A stretch of DNA of 64,000 bases, taken from contig JAADVB010000042.1 in the NCBI GenBank assembly GCA_023334545.1, positions 1-64,000 of the forward strand, in the 5' to 3' direction. Under the pieces are notes generated by a model, which made no database searches, was not told the DNA's origin, and saw only the letters and a program-made list of their open reading frames with translations. The position numbers were made by a program, and so were the translations under genes. Below, piece by piece: positions 47,224 through 58,667 of the stretch. Position 1 is the first letter of the stretch. Every line of letters begins with the position of its first letter. This stretch comes from Salisapilia sapeloensis CBS 127946. Taxonomy: Eukaryota > Protista > Oomycota.

Positions 47224-48078
47224 CTATTCTTCCTGCCATGGTCGCAGCAACTTGGCACGAGTCTGTCGCCGAACTAGCTTCATCGCGCGCTTGGACTTGG
47301 GCCGTCCCATGTCGACGGTACACTTGACTTTCATTACAGGGGATGGCGTACATAATTTCCATGTCTTTTTCCGTCGCACGGGTTCAGTCGCATTCGTCTT
47401 GTCTGGCGTAGCCATGATATTATCCGTGGAAGTCTGGGATGTGTCTGTCACATCGACGGAGTCTATCTTTGGTAGCAAAAGATGCCGAACGTCGGCGACA
47501 AAGGTGGCAGCTACGTCGTGACTAGTCGTGTCGAACCAGATCCCACGCACGCCACTTTCGTGCAAGCATTTAATGTTCATTCGATCGTCGTCGATGAGGG
47601 CTGTATCGTAGTTGCAAATGTGCGCATCCTGATGCTTACTCGCTTCGATTGCTGCAGCAATCACAAACGTTAGTTTATGATCACGATCGGCATGTTGGCC
47701 ATGGGCGAGCCACAATGGTAGAAAACGAGCAGCCTGCGTTTCGGACACCTTCCACGTTTCGTCGTCTCCTTTAATAATGATCTGATTCGATATGGACGTA
47801 GGAAAGCATTGGTCGAGGACGTCGCGAATGAGCTGCGTTTCCGGGTTAAACGTCACGATCGCAACTTGCAGTCCTGCCTCCAGTAGCTTTGGAATGGTGT
47901 GTAAGAAGATGGGGCGCATGCTACTTGCGACTTGGGATACATTGTAGTCTTTATCATGCGTGTGAATTCGTACAAGTGTCAAGTCAAAGTCGATGCATAC
48001 AAGTCGCAGTTTGTCATGCTGCAGTGCTTCCACCAGCTCAGTACAGGCTATGGCTGTCTCGCCGTCCGACGCATCCAT
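47224..48078 (-). CDS. HAD-superfamily phosphatase-like protein, 284 aa
   Basis: Motif I LVCIDFDLTL (DxD), motif II VAIVTF, candidate motif III Lys (HKLTF) and motif IV ALIDDDRMNI. Confidence 0.8.
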   Translation of the reverse strand: MDASDGETAIACTELVEALQHDKLRLVCIDFDLTLVRIHTHDKDYNVSQVASSMRPIFLHTIPKLLEAGLQVAIVTFNPETQLIRDVLDQCFPTSISNQIIIKGDDETWKVSETQAARFLPLWLAHGQHADRDHKLTFVIAAAIEASKHQDAHICNYDTALIDDDRMNIKCLHESGVRGIWFDTTSHDVAATFVADVRHLLLPKIDSVDVTDTSQTSTDNIMATPDKTNATEPVRRKKTWKLCTPSPVMKVKCTVDMGRPKSKRAMKLVRRQTRAKLLRPWQEE

Positions 48079-48181
48079 CGAGCGTCGTGAGAAAGATGGA
48101 CGAATGCGAAGACTTGGAGCGATCGACTTGCAATTTCCCGCGACTTTTTAAATGAATGATTGATACGTTTTCAAAAAGGAG

Positions 48182-48202
48182 CCAATCGGAATGCTTCATT
48201 GG
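48182..48202. promoter_or_regulatory. Two inverted CCAAT boxes within the 150-bp HAD/ALG12 divergent intergenic
   Basis: CCAAT at 48182-48186 and ATTGG at 48198-48202. The CCAAT box is a known oomycete core-promoter element. Confidence 0.4.
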
Positions 48203-48228
48203 ACAACAATATAACTTAAAAACAGATC

Positions 48229-50148
48229 ATGAAGGTAGAAGACGCTCTACTTGGGGCTCTAGCGGCCTATTATGTCTACGACTGTCCATATGCAAAGGTG
48301 GAAGAGAGCTTTAACCTCCAGGCTACACATGATCTACTCATACATGGCATTTGGAAAGTGGAAGACTATGATCACATCGATTTCCCTGGCGTCGTGCCTC
48401 GGACGTTTATCGGATCCATCCTTGTCGCTATGCTTACGAGTCCAATGACAGTGCTTGTGAAAGTATTTGGTTTGGACAAGTTTATCTTGCAATATGCTGT
48501 GCGTGTTGTGCTTGCAATGGGTACCACTAGCGCTCTTCTCTTCTTAAAAAAGAGTGTTCATGGTCGATTCGGAAGTGTACGTGCTTTTTAACTGTAGCTT
48601 CTTCATCGTATCCCTTCTCCATGTTGACGAGTACTTTACAATGCAGGACACTGGTCGGCACTTTATACTTATTTGTGCATGTCAATTCCATTTGCTCTTT
48701 TACGCTGGTCGAACCCTGCCAAACATCTACGCCCTCGTACAGTTGCTCTTTAAACTACTGCTATTCATCCAAATGACCATAGTGCATCTGTAGATTATGG
48801 TGATATGCGCCATGGCATTCTGGCTACAGGTTTGGACGTATATTACCACTTGTTTGAACTAGCTAACCCGATCTGTATGCTAGAACCGAATGCGGCCTGC
48901 TATATCCCTCTTTACATTTACCACCATAGTCTTTCGAGGGGACACAGCAGTTTTCTTCGCCCCATTCCTTCTGTCTTTAATCCTAGCTCGACCGAACTTG
49001 TTTCTTCAAATAATATGGTGGGGTATCTCGGCGACCATCGTGTCTCTAAGTCTGACTATCGCCATTGACTCTTACTTTTGGAGACGATGGCTGTGGCCAG
49101 AGGGAGAGGTGCTATGGTATAATACAGTTGACAACAAGAGCAGCGATTGGGGAACGTCGCCTCCTCTGTGGTACTTTTACTCTGCTCTCCCTCGAGCTCT
49201 TTTAGCAACTGCTTGCTTACTTCCGTTCGGACTATCGTATGCTACTTTAGAACCTTTACTGTATCTTTTATTCATGGTTGGTATAGACCGATGCTGACAT
49301 CGCTAGTGACTGCTCGAACCTGGACACAGGTTAAGAACATTGTCTCGTTAGGACAGGTGATCGATAGGCAAGTGTGGCCACTGTTCTGGCCAACATTCCT
49401 GTACTTGTCCTTGTTCTCGCTATTGCCACACAAAGAGCTTCGGTTCATTTTCAATGCCGTTCCTGTGCTGAACGTAATCTCTGCTGTCGTACGTTTCATG
49501 TTGACGCAGATAAAAACAATCTTTCATATCTGTGTTTTAGGGCATGTCGAAGTTGTATCGTGCTAGAAGCAAGGTACTAGTCTTGCTTGGAGCGACTATA
49601 TTCTCCACTGACTATGCGACGTAGGCTATTCTTCCGTATATTCTTGCGTGCAGTTGCCTTGTAGCTACACTTCTTGCAACACGCATCTTTCATCTGGCGT
49701 CTCAAGTCAACTATCCAGGTACGTGCTCTATCTTTATATCCAGAATCAAGGAACAAGAAACGACTCTCTACTAGGTGGTGAAGCCTTCCGGTATCTGCAC
49801 CAAATGGAAAATATCCATCGCCAAGTGCCAAAAAGTGTGTACATTGATGTTCCAGCCGCCATGACCGGCGTCTCTCGCTTCGGCGAAACGTTTCCCATGT
49901 GGAGGTAGCAGCCTATATCTTGATCTAGTGGAAACCTTCTAATTGATACGTGGTATAGCTACTCGAAAGAAGAAACGTTGACGCCAAAGGATATGTGTAC
50001 CTTTCATTACGTCATCACGGCAAATCCCCCCTCCTGCATGGAAGAAACCTTCCAGATCATGCAAACATTCCGAATTTTTGACGGTCTCGAGCCGTCCGCG
50101 TCGATCATTCGAACGAAAGAGGCCATCTATCTCTATGAACAGAAATAA
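48229..50148 (+). CDS. ALG12: Dol-P-Man:Man7GlcNAc2-PP-Dol alpha-1,6-mannosyltransferase (GT22), 9 exons
   Basis: CPYAKVEESFNLQATHD, DHIDFPGVVPRTFIG, RTLPNIYAL, IDSYFWRRWLWPEGEVLWYN, WGTSPPLWYFYSALPRAL, LLPHKELRFI, NYPGGEA and AAMTGVSRF. Eight GT-AG introns traced. Confidence 0.95.
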
Positions 50149-50486
50149 ACCCAAAGGTCAATCCATAGGCATTTGACATGCTGACGTGCCTCCCGTTTCC
50201 CGTATCTGTACTGTCTATTCAATGACATGTAGCAACCTTGTTTTGGTCGCATCATCAACGGAGGGTGGTTGCATGTAAAGATACGAATGAGTTGGTCATA
50301 GATAACTCTCTTTCCAGATCATTTCGGAAGAGCTCTTTTCTTTTAGACAAATAGAAACATATACAACGCTTTATTTCAATTCATTTGTCTTCTTAATAAA
50401 TACTTTCAAGAAGGCAAGTACGACACGATAAGGAGAACTGGACAATTGAGGAGATCCCGTCATATGACTATCCCAAGCGACAGGTA

Positions 50487-51614
50487 TCAATACGAAGCGG
50501 ACGAGTCTTTCATCAGTTCCAACACGACACTCAGCTCTTCGCCCGTAAAGTCGGGACCAGCTTGTTGCATCGTTGGTGGCATGGGCATGCTGCCAACGTA
50601 CTTGCTCTCGTCACATGGTGGAGGTCGGAGGATCGAATAGCTATTGTAGCATTGAGACTCTTGAAAGTCCTGGTGGGTTTCCTCTCGACTGTGAACATAG
50701 TAGTCTTGGTAGTAAGGTGTGTTCGATCGGTACGAGTGATAATCTTGCGTTGGGTACACGTGAGCGTTAAGAGGTTCCGACGTGACTCGTGTCTGGAACG
50801 ATGGCGTAGGGTCGCCTAGTGGGAAAGCACTGTGGCCCATGAGCCGGACAGGAGATGCAGGCATCGCTCGTCCACGCTTCCATTCGTAGTTTCCATCCAT
50901 CTTGTCTTTTTGCTGCAGCGATGTAAGACTCGTCGCAATATTCCAGTCGCCCGATCGCCTCTTCTCTGGTTTTACGTACGGCAAAATAGCACTCGGCTCC
51001 ACTTCCGTGGATACCTGTCGATCTTTGTCTTTGGAGCTTTTCATCACTTTTTCAGCGACATGACCAGCTCCGATGATGACATTGTGGTGTATCTTTTGAT
51101 GCTGGGCAAACTCTTTATAATTGTCAAACGTACTGGAACAATTGAGACCGACGCAACGAAAGAGCTGGAGACCGTCCGGGAAGTGCGTCCGCATGTGTCG
51201 CTTTAGTTTTGTACTCGTGTTAAACTTTTTCCCGCACGTTTCAAAGATACAAGGGTATGGCTTGACACCCGAGTGAATGCGTTTATGACGACTAAGATTG
51301 CCGGATGTGTTGAACCGTTGCTGGCAACCCTCGATGTCACATACGTACGGCTTATCCCCCGTGTGAATACGCATGTGTCGTCTCAGGGCAAAGGATCTCG
51401 GAAACGTCTTGCCACAATTGTCCTCTGTACAGACATACATGTCCGATTCGTGACTGCGTGCCTTCTTCTTCCCTTTGCGCTTACTGCTCTTCATCGGTGG
51501 TGCCACCTCATGTCGATTGTCCAGTACCATATGTGGCTCGGCACTCCGGACTTCATCATGCCAGAGCGTGGTCGGAGCGCTTATCGGGGGTAAAGGCGAG
51601 TAATAATGTTTCAT
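50487..51614 (-). CDS. C2H2 zinc-finger transcription factor (4 fingers), ~375 aa
   Basis: CTEDNC..HMRIH-TGDKPY-CDIEGC..HKRIH-SGVKPY-CIFETC..HMRTH and CVGLNC..HQKIH. First ATG at 51614. Confidence 0.92.
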   Translation of the reverse strand: MKHYYSPLPPISAPTTLWHDEVRSAEPHMVLDNRHEVAPPMKSSKRKGKKKARSHESDMYVCTEDNCGKTFPRSFALRRHMRIHTGDKPYVCDIEGCQQRFNTSGNLSRHKRIHSGVKPYPCIFETCGKKFNTSTKLKRHMRTHFPDGLQLFRCVGLNCSSTFDNYKEFAQHQKIHHNVIIGAGHVAEKVMKSSKDKDRQVSTEVEPSAILPYVKPEKRRSGDWNIATSLTSLQQKDKMDGNYEWKRGRAMPASPVRLMGHSAFPLGDPTPSFQTRVTSEPLNAHVYPTQDYHSYRSNTPYYQDYYVHSREETHQDFQESQCYNSYSILRPPPCDESKYVGSMPMPPTMQQAGPDFTGEELSVVLELMKDSSASY

Positions 51615-52098
51615 CGACGTTTTCCTTTGTTTCAGTCGGAGGGGCGGACGGACTTGAGCTCGTGTGAATAAATCGGAGAGTGAAGCTTTTGCCCATCCTC
51701 CCGCCGGAGCGTGTAGAGCAGGGGATGCCGATAAAAAGAGGACAGAGCAGATACATTTCAAATCACGATGTGTCCCGCACAAAGAAAAAACGGACTTGTC
51801 AAGGTGAGTGGGAGAAACGTGGAGCCGAGTCTGAAGCTGCTTGGCAGCACTATGGAAACTTTGAATGTAAAAGTACGTCTAGTAGAGCATGGGTGAATGG
51901 AAAAAAGGGCAGATTGGTGATGAATACACTCGATGGTTACTCGTTCCTAGATCCTACCATGAGAAGGCGTTCGATTTTTTATCAAAAAGTCACAAGTCGC
52001 CGACTGCCTGTTTTACACCGCACTGTGCCTGCGCCAAAGCCTCTCCCAAAAACGCCGTCGGAGAGTATCAACGACTGCGCTCAAGTGTTTACTTTAAC

Positions 52099-52123
52099 TG
52101 ACCATTTTTGACAAAAATGGTCA
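52099..52123. repeat. Perfect inverted repeat TGACCATTTTTG-a-CAAAAATGGTCA (12-bp arms)
   Basis: Arms are exact reverse complements; ~485 bp upstream of the C2H2 gene ATG. Confidence 0.9.
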
Positions 52124-53710
52124 TGCAAGGCATGACAGACGGATCGATGCTTCCCATCAGAACTACCATATCAGGCTTTCGATCAACGTGTCTGCTACAA
52201 ACACAAAAGCTGGATGTCGTTCAGAAGAGATGGTGGAATTGCACACAGTATCCTATCGTCTCTTTTACATTACGATGAACATTTTCATGCTTGATGCTTA
52301 TCTAGTCTGGAGATGAAAGACCAGAACAGTTAATTTGGGTGCAAAAACCACTTAAACGTTTCGCACGAATGGATGAACACTATCAGGCACGCTTGGATTG
52401 TTTATGTTGCATGCGTCATTTGCTGTCTGGAAACGCAGAGGAAAGAGACAAAACGCATGGCTTGAATGGCATCACAACATACTTTCCAAGTGTCAATGCA
52501 AGCTCCCTACTCAGATACGTGACATAATGCTTCGTTCGACACTCGTTCCATTCACAAAATGGAATCAAGTGCATTCAGATCGAACCAAACTCTCGATTTA
52601 TACAGTATTGGGGATCGTGGATCCTGGCATCCTCGCCGCTATCCTATCGAAACTCCGTACCTTTTAGACTACCCTTCTTAGTCCTTAGTCCCCACCTTCC
52701 CATAGTTCAAAGTAGAAATCCACTCAGTGTAGGTCCATCGTATACAGCAATAGACACGTCATGAACCTCCCCCAATTTATGCAGTATTCATTGATGGCAT
52801 GAAAGGGATCAACACTGTAATACCTACAAGGTCCAAGATTTTCCTTCTCAACCACACAGCTTGGACGAATGTAAGTACCGACGGGAGTATTTGTACACAC
52901 TTTAAATTTTTATTATAAAAAGCAAGCGAAGTTGAAGATAGCTGCGGTAGCCTTAGAAGATTCGGATTAGCTTTCAAGAGTCGAATAGAAGGTGGCGATG
53001 GATACAAAGTCCCCGTTGTTGAATTGTTTACAATAATTACCATTTAGAAGATGGTGGCGGTGACAATATTTTGTTTAAACTAATGAATACTTCATTTTTA
53101 TAAATAACTTTTTAGTTAGAGTTGTCTGATCATCTCAAGGCTGCTTTATTTTGGGTTACGCTGCTGTTTTCCATAAAAGTTATATAGTGGGCAATGCCTA
53201 TCACACATAATAGTCCATAAACCATCGAAGATAAACCATTTGTCGAATAGCGACGTTAGCACTGGAAGAAGCCTATGATATAAATAGAACTTCTGTCGTA
53301 TGCAAAATACATTTTGCGCATCAAAGCAAGGTCAATTTCATAGCATCATTACTTAAAGTCTAGACCAATCTAAATGTCAATAGGCAAAGAGTGTGCTTTT
53401 GCTCGTAGAAATATCTCGGAACTATGATAGCCTAGACTCAGGCTGGTTCAAGTGGTTCGAGTGGGCCTAAAGGGCCATAGATGTACCATTGGGCCGTATC
53501 GTCGAATAAGTGAGTCATCATGTTTGCTGTTTCACTTTGGATCTCTTTCCATGCGTCTGGTAGCTTCGCCGAGTGTACATTGCGATATTGTCTTACATAC
53601 CCTTAATTCTGAGTAGCAAAATAAACAATTAAAGCCCACGGTTGTACCCCATGCATCTAACAAAATACCTCCTCGCTTCATTACAGGTGTGCTTGTATTC
53701 TGGACCTGCG

Positions 53711-54220
53711 CTATGGATAATCGAAGTAGTCAAACTGGAACGTTAAATCCATAACTACATCAAAGCACAAGTCAGTGTCAATTTTACGAATGAGCTGGTC
53801 TCAATTCAACCAGTTGACGTACCGAAATGAAGATACAGGTACTGTGCAATGTAGATGAGAAACAAAATGGATCTGGCGATAACGATAGCACCTCGTGCTT
53901 CACAGGTAAAGTCAAGCAATTTGATCGGACTCAAGCCGAACTTCCATTGGATATACGTGGCAAATACGACAAACGAGATAAACTCCAGTCCGCCATACAG
54001 AGTGATATTGCCGATCGAGCCAAAAAACGTATCTCTATCTAAATGTCGAAAGTTGTCATGGCTCTTAGCGTTTGGCATGTGGGACAAGAAGAACGTATAG
54101 ATCATGTAGATATAAGGCACCACAAACTCTACGCATTCGAGCAGTGCTAAGTATTCGCATCGAAAAAGTAGAGACTGAGGCCGTGTTCGTTGAGCATATA
54201 ATCGGGGATTATGTGAGAAA
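53711..54220 (-). pseudogene. 5'-disrupted remnant of the expanded oomycete multi-pass transmembrane protein family
   Basis: Frame reads SLLFRCEYLALLECVEFVVPYIYMIY..MPNAKSH..GNITLYGGLEFISF..WKFGLSPIKLLDF..LYLHF|intron|VMDLTFQFDY, matching that family's C-terminus. In-frame TAA near 54232 and no ATG leading in. Confidence 0.55.
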
Positions 54221-54917
54221 GAATAGTTTTTTTATTTATCTAAAAGAGTTATGTCGGCTAACTACGCCCAACGCCGCTGCTTCGCGCGGCGTTAATTACA
54301 GAGACGTATTACGACTACCCTGTGGTAGGAGTCCAGTGTGCGAGAAATAATAGGCATTTATTGAACAAACACCATAAAATTTTAATTGGCATTATGCCTC
54401 GATTATCTCCCTTTTACTAATCGGCGAAGGAAGAATATGTTGAAGAGTATTCCGATTTAGACATAAATTGCTCCGAAAAAGACTCACGTAATTGCTGAAA
54501 ATCTCACACTGATCTCGCTACAGCGAGTATGGCAACGGAAAACTCAATATAAACGTAGGATAGGGGACGAGAGGCGAGATGTATTAAAACACACAGCGGC
54601 ATCTCCATTGCGGGCACCAAACACTTGTTTCTACACTCCTAATTTGGCGGGAAAGTTATATTGAAGCGCTTCGTTAGGTTTCCAACGGCGAGTGGCAAAA
54701 CCAAATTGACGATTCTCAACGAACGCAGAATTGCTTGATTCGATTATCGTTAATAGAGCTACAAAATCTGAATCCTCGATTATGCTGAATCGGTATTATG
54801 CGCGAACACGGCCTAACTATCCCGAGATAGATGTCACAAGATGTCTAGAATCTGAAGCTTGTTTGTTAGCAAGAAAATTCATGTTTCTCAATTATCAATG
54901 TTAGCCTCACAACTGCC

Positions 54918-56065
54918 TCAATCGTCATCTTCCTCTTCCTCTTCTTCTTCTTCCTCTTCTTCTTCCTCCGATTCCGATTCCGATTCCTTCTCCGATTCCG
55001 ATTCCTTTTCCGAATCTTTATCTTTATCATCGTCGCTGTCGTCATTCAAAGCATGTTCCAAAACCATGCCGCCGACGAGTCCAACACCGACGCCAGCAGC
55101 AACGGCACCCGCGCCCATGCCACCTCCACTGTTGTTGTTGTTGTTGTTGTTCTGCTGTTGCTCATCTTGGAAGTAAAATCCTTGGGATGGCTGCCCATAT
55201 GCATTTCCTTGGTACTGTTGGTAAGGAGCACCGGGTGGAGGACCGTAGGAATTTCCCTGGTATTGGTCGTACGAAGCACCCGGCGGAGGTCCATACGAAC
55301 TTCCTTGGTATTGGCCATAGGAAGCACCTGGTGGAGGTCCGTATGAACCTCCAGAGAATTGGCCATACTGACTACCCGACGAAGGCCCGTAGGATGGCAT
55401 TGAATCTTGTCTCGACATCGAAGAGCCATAAACTGGTGGAGGGCCGTATCCTGGAGGAGGCGTCTCGTAGCGAGGCGGGTACGGGTTTGAGGATTGACTA
55501 TAGCTTTGTTGGTGATAGACCTGCGGCGGTTGCTCTTGCTGTGGCTGCTCTGGTGGCGCATAGTTACTCTGGTTCATGCTGTAGGATTCCGAGTGCTCAT
55601 ATTTTTCTCTGTACGAGTTACTCTCCTGTTGGATCCAATTGTTGGTCTCGTATTGGATACGAAGGTTGATTTCACCAGCATGAGAGTTATCTTCCGTCTC
55701 CAATGAATACCACTCATCCTCGACTTGGCCATTCTGGAATCGGTCAAGTGCAATTTTGCATTTGCCGATCAACTTGTTGTTGGTCCAGTTCTTGTTCTTG
55801 ACTTTGACAGTGAGCTTCTCGTCGTTCTTGTCTCGGACTTTAAAGTCGTGGACCGAGCCCCATTGAGGCTCCGTTCCTCCATTGTCGTGCACCTAAATTT
55901 TAACTTGCATTAAGAAATTGTTGATGCCCCTCCACAATTGTTACAAGGTACCTCGGTCTTGTGCTTCTCGCCATTCACTTCGAGCACACAGAAGGGATCT
56001 TGTGTACCGAAAGTCTGTACGTCCCGAAGGTTTCGACACCCGACAACTCTGACATGCAAGGTCAT
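54918..56065 (-). CDS. C2-domain protein with Pro/Tyr/Gly-rich repeats and acidic tail (SRC2/elicitor-responsive-like); join(56065..55952,55892..54918), ~362 aa
   Basis: MTLHVRVVGCRNLRDVQTFGTQDPFC..KTEVHDNGGTEPQW..KLTVKVKNKNW..IGKCKIAL..DEWYSL..AGEINLRIQY is a canonical C2 domain. One GT-AG intron. Confidence 0.9.
55203..55352 (-). repeat. 42-bp (14-aa) coding tandem repeat YGPPPGASYxQYQGxS, about 3.5 copies
   Basis: Visible in both translation and DNA; boundaries approximate. Confidence 0.85.
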
Positions 56066-56338
56066 TTTAAAGCAAGTAAGCAGATGAGATAAATGAGCTT
56101 CTTCTCGTGCCGTTCGATTCCTAAATGACGCAAACGAAGTCCACGTAATGCGCAGTTGTGCACGATCAGGATATCTTGGGAAGCATTACACAATTGGACT
56201 ACAGCAGTGGTTAGTATCTGCGAAACCGTAAACAAATATCCATGTAGCCACCTCCGTTCTTTGTTGTACCATCAGCTCATCTTTTCAAAGTCACTCTACA
56301 AGAAATGGAAAGCTTTCGGAGTAATTGCAGGTCATCGT

Positions 56339-56363
56339 TCATGACAGGTGATACCTGTCATGA
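56339..56363. repeat. Perfect inverted repeat TCATGACAGGT-gat-ACCTGTCATGA (11-bp arms)
   Basis: Arms are exact reverse complements; ~275 bp upstream of the C2 gene ATG. Confidence 0.9.
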
Positions 56364-57652
56364 TGGAAAGGGTGAAACCGAGAGGAGAGATACCATCGAG
56401 GTTCGGTTCATAGGATATGAATACAAGATAGTAATGGCTAAAGCGACAATAAGACTAAGATAAGACAGCTGTACGAGTTTTGAAGCCATCGAAAGATCCG
56501 CTTTGCAAATCGTCAAGGGATTCTAAAATCTGCCAAAGGATTTTTATAAACCTTCCATTCTCAGTACTCATTCATGCTAATGCTGTCAGATCCACTTCTC
56601 AAACAGAAGCTTACAAACTAGACTTAGATAAGATGTGTAGTAGACACAAAGGAGTCCACCTAACAAAGGATTTCGATAAGCAATCGAAAGGCTACTTTTA
56701 CTATTCTTCAACTTGGGAAGGAGCGTAACATGGACGTGAAATGCGCTTAACATCCAATACAAATGAGAGAGCTGATCCGGCTCGATACGTACATAGCAGA
56801 TCATTGATGGATATAGAAAGCTTGCAGATAACCTGTTGGCTTGACTGCTGCAATAGGGTGGCTTGTGATGTAAAGAGAGTTTAAGATCACTTACATTTGG
56901 ATACCAAAATTTACAATTCCGTAGTATCAGCTACGATGGTAGCTGGATTAACCAAACGATCGATATATTATGCCTCTGCTAGCGAAACGGTATGTAATCG
57001 TGTACGATGTTGTCACATTCGTCACTATGTGCAGCGCGTAATGGCGGAAAGCAAACAAACAAGTGATGAGAAACACACTTCTATTCTGCAAAGCTAGCAC
57101 ACTTTCAAAGTCTAGCATGTGACCACTGTATCCATATTAAGCTAGTACATCTCAGTATTCGCTCAATAAAGTTTGAACAAGAACATCGTTCACCCTTCTG
57201 TACATTCTGGTGGTCATTTTTACAATTCCTTGTATCAATGACTTCTTTTCAGTCACCTTCACGGTTGGAATGCCTCTCAAGTCCGTGCAGAGGTTTTGTT
57301 CTCCAACTTTTTCGCCATAAAGTGCTTGGGCAGTCAAATTGACTTTGTACCCGCAAATGACCACACAAAAGATACATTCAGTTTACAGAACTTGGCTTGT
57401 TCACACGAATAAACTATCATTCGCTTCATTGCGCTTAGCCAAAAGAAACTTCAAGGATTTAGAATAGCGGATTCGCCTAGGATTATTAATGTTGGTTATC
57501 CGAGTAGGTTTCCTTCGAGTTACCAAAATGAGAACATGTCTACTACCTATTGCTAGCATGTTGGGTGAGTACAGGTCGGTACCACAACTACCCTGACATC
57601 AATTTTTTCTTATATAGTCATGCTGCCTTTTATGCAAATCTCTGAAGTAAAT

Positions 57653-57701
57653 ATAACTCAATTTTACTATAGTAAATAACAGAGTTATCTATAGCTATAG
57701 A
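57653..57701. repeat. Palindrome cluster: TTTACTATAGTAAA (57663-57676) and TCTATAGCTATAGA (57688-57701), the first flanked by ATAACTC...GAGTTAT
   Basis: Read directly from an AT-rich intergenic region. Confidence 0.75.
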
Positions 57702-58667
57702 GTTTGAAGTTTTTAGGGTCGCACAATCTTGAGCAATGGCAGATTTCCCCGTGAAGAAGTTTATCGTGGTCAATGCTCACAACTATAACAAATCATTATC
57801 CGCCACGGCGAAAATACATCTTTGGGATAAACTTTAGTAGAACTTATAAACTGGATGATGTGTGGTGTTTTTAAAAGCAAGGTACATTGACTTTGAGCTA
57901 CTCGGCATGTCCAAAGTCCGTCCTAGCACATCATATTCATGCACTAGCCTACAAAACACGCTATTTTACTACTATTACGCTCTAGGTGTTCGATTTTAAC
58001 TTGGAAGCGGGCCCAGGATCGGTTTATAGATATTTTCGAAGCGGAGAGCATTGGCGATGCTGTTCCTTGGAAGTAATTGAATCACGTGCTATCACCATTG
58101 AGGTTAAAACGCTCTAGTCGCTAGGTGTTTTGACATAGTATTTACGTGCAATCTTCGTGATTGTCCATGCTGCAGTTTAGACGGTGTCCACCGGCCTTTG
58201 GTAATTCCACTACAGCAATTAGAACGTAGATCGCTTAGTCCGTGCAGCTCTATATAGGAAAAAGTGTTGAAGCACGAAAGATAGAAATCGGGTAATGCCT
58301 CATCCACCAGATAGATATTTTGCAAGATATAAATGTACACAGAAATACAAGATAATATGTTTTTAGTAACCTGCTTTGCTTGATGCTGCATACACAGCTG
58401 AATCTAGTAATAGCTTTGCATGCGGTTTGGTATACCGACATTTAATTAATATGCTTTATGAGGAAGTCGCTACAATAGCATCAGAGCTTACTTCACACAT
58501 CAACCTCGTATATGAGCCCTCAACGAATCTCAGTCTTGTGCAATAGACAAACTCGAAAATTTAATCAGCATTTATGCTCTATGAGATTTAACCCTTTCCA
58601 GCAATCGATACTCGCCGTTTCTATCTACTTACAAAACGGGCGAAAATGGCCTACGTAAAGCCAAACT

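Noticed and set aside
53440-53480. GGTTCAAG/GGTTCGAG resembling a tRNA T-loop
   Set aside because: No acceptor, D or anticodon stems could be formed.
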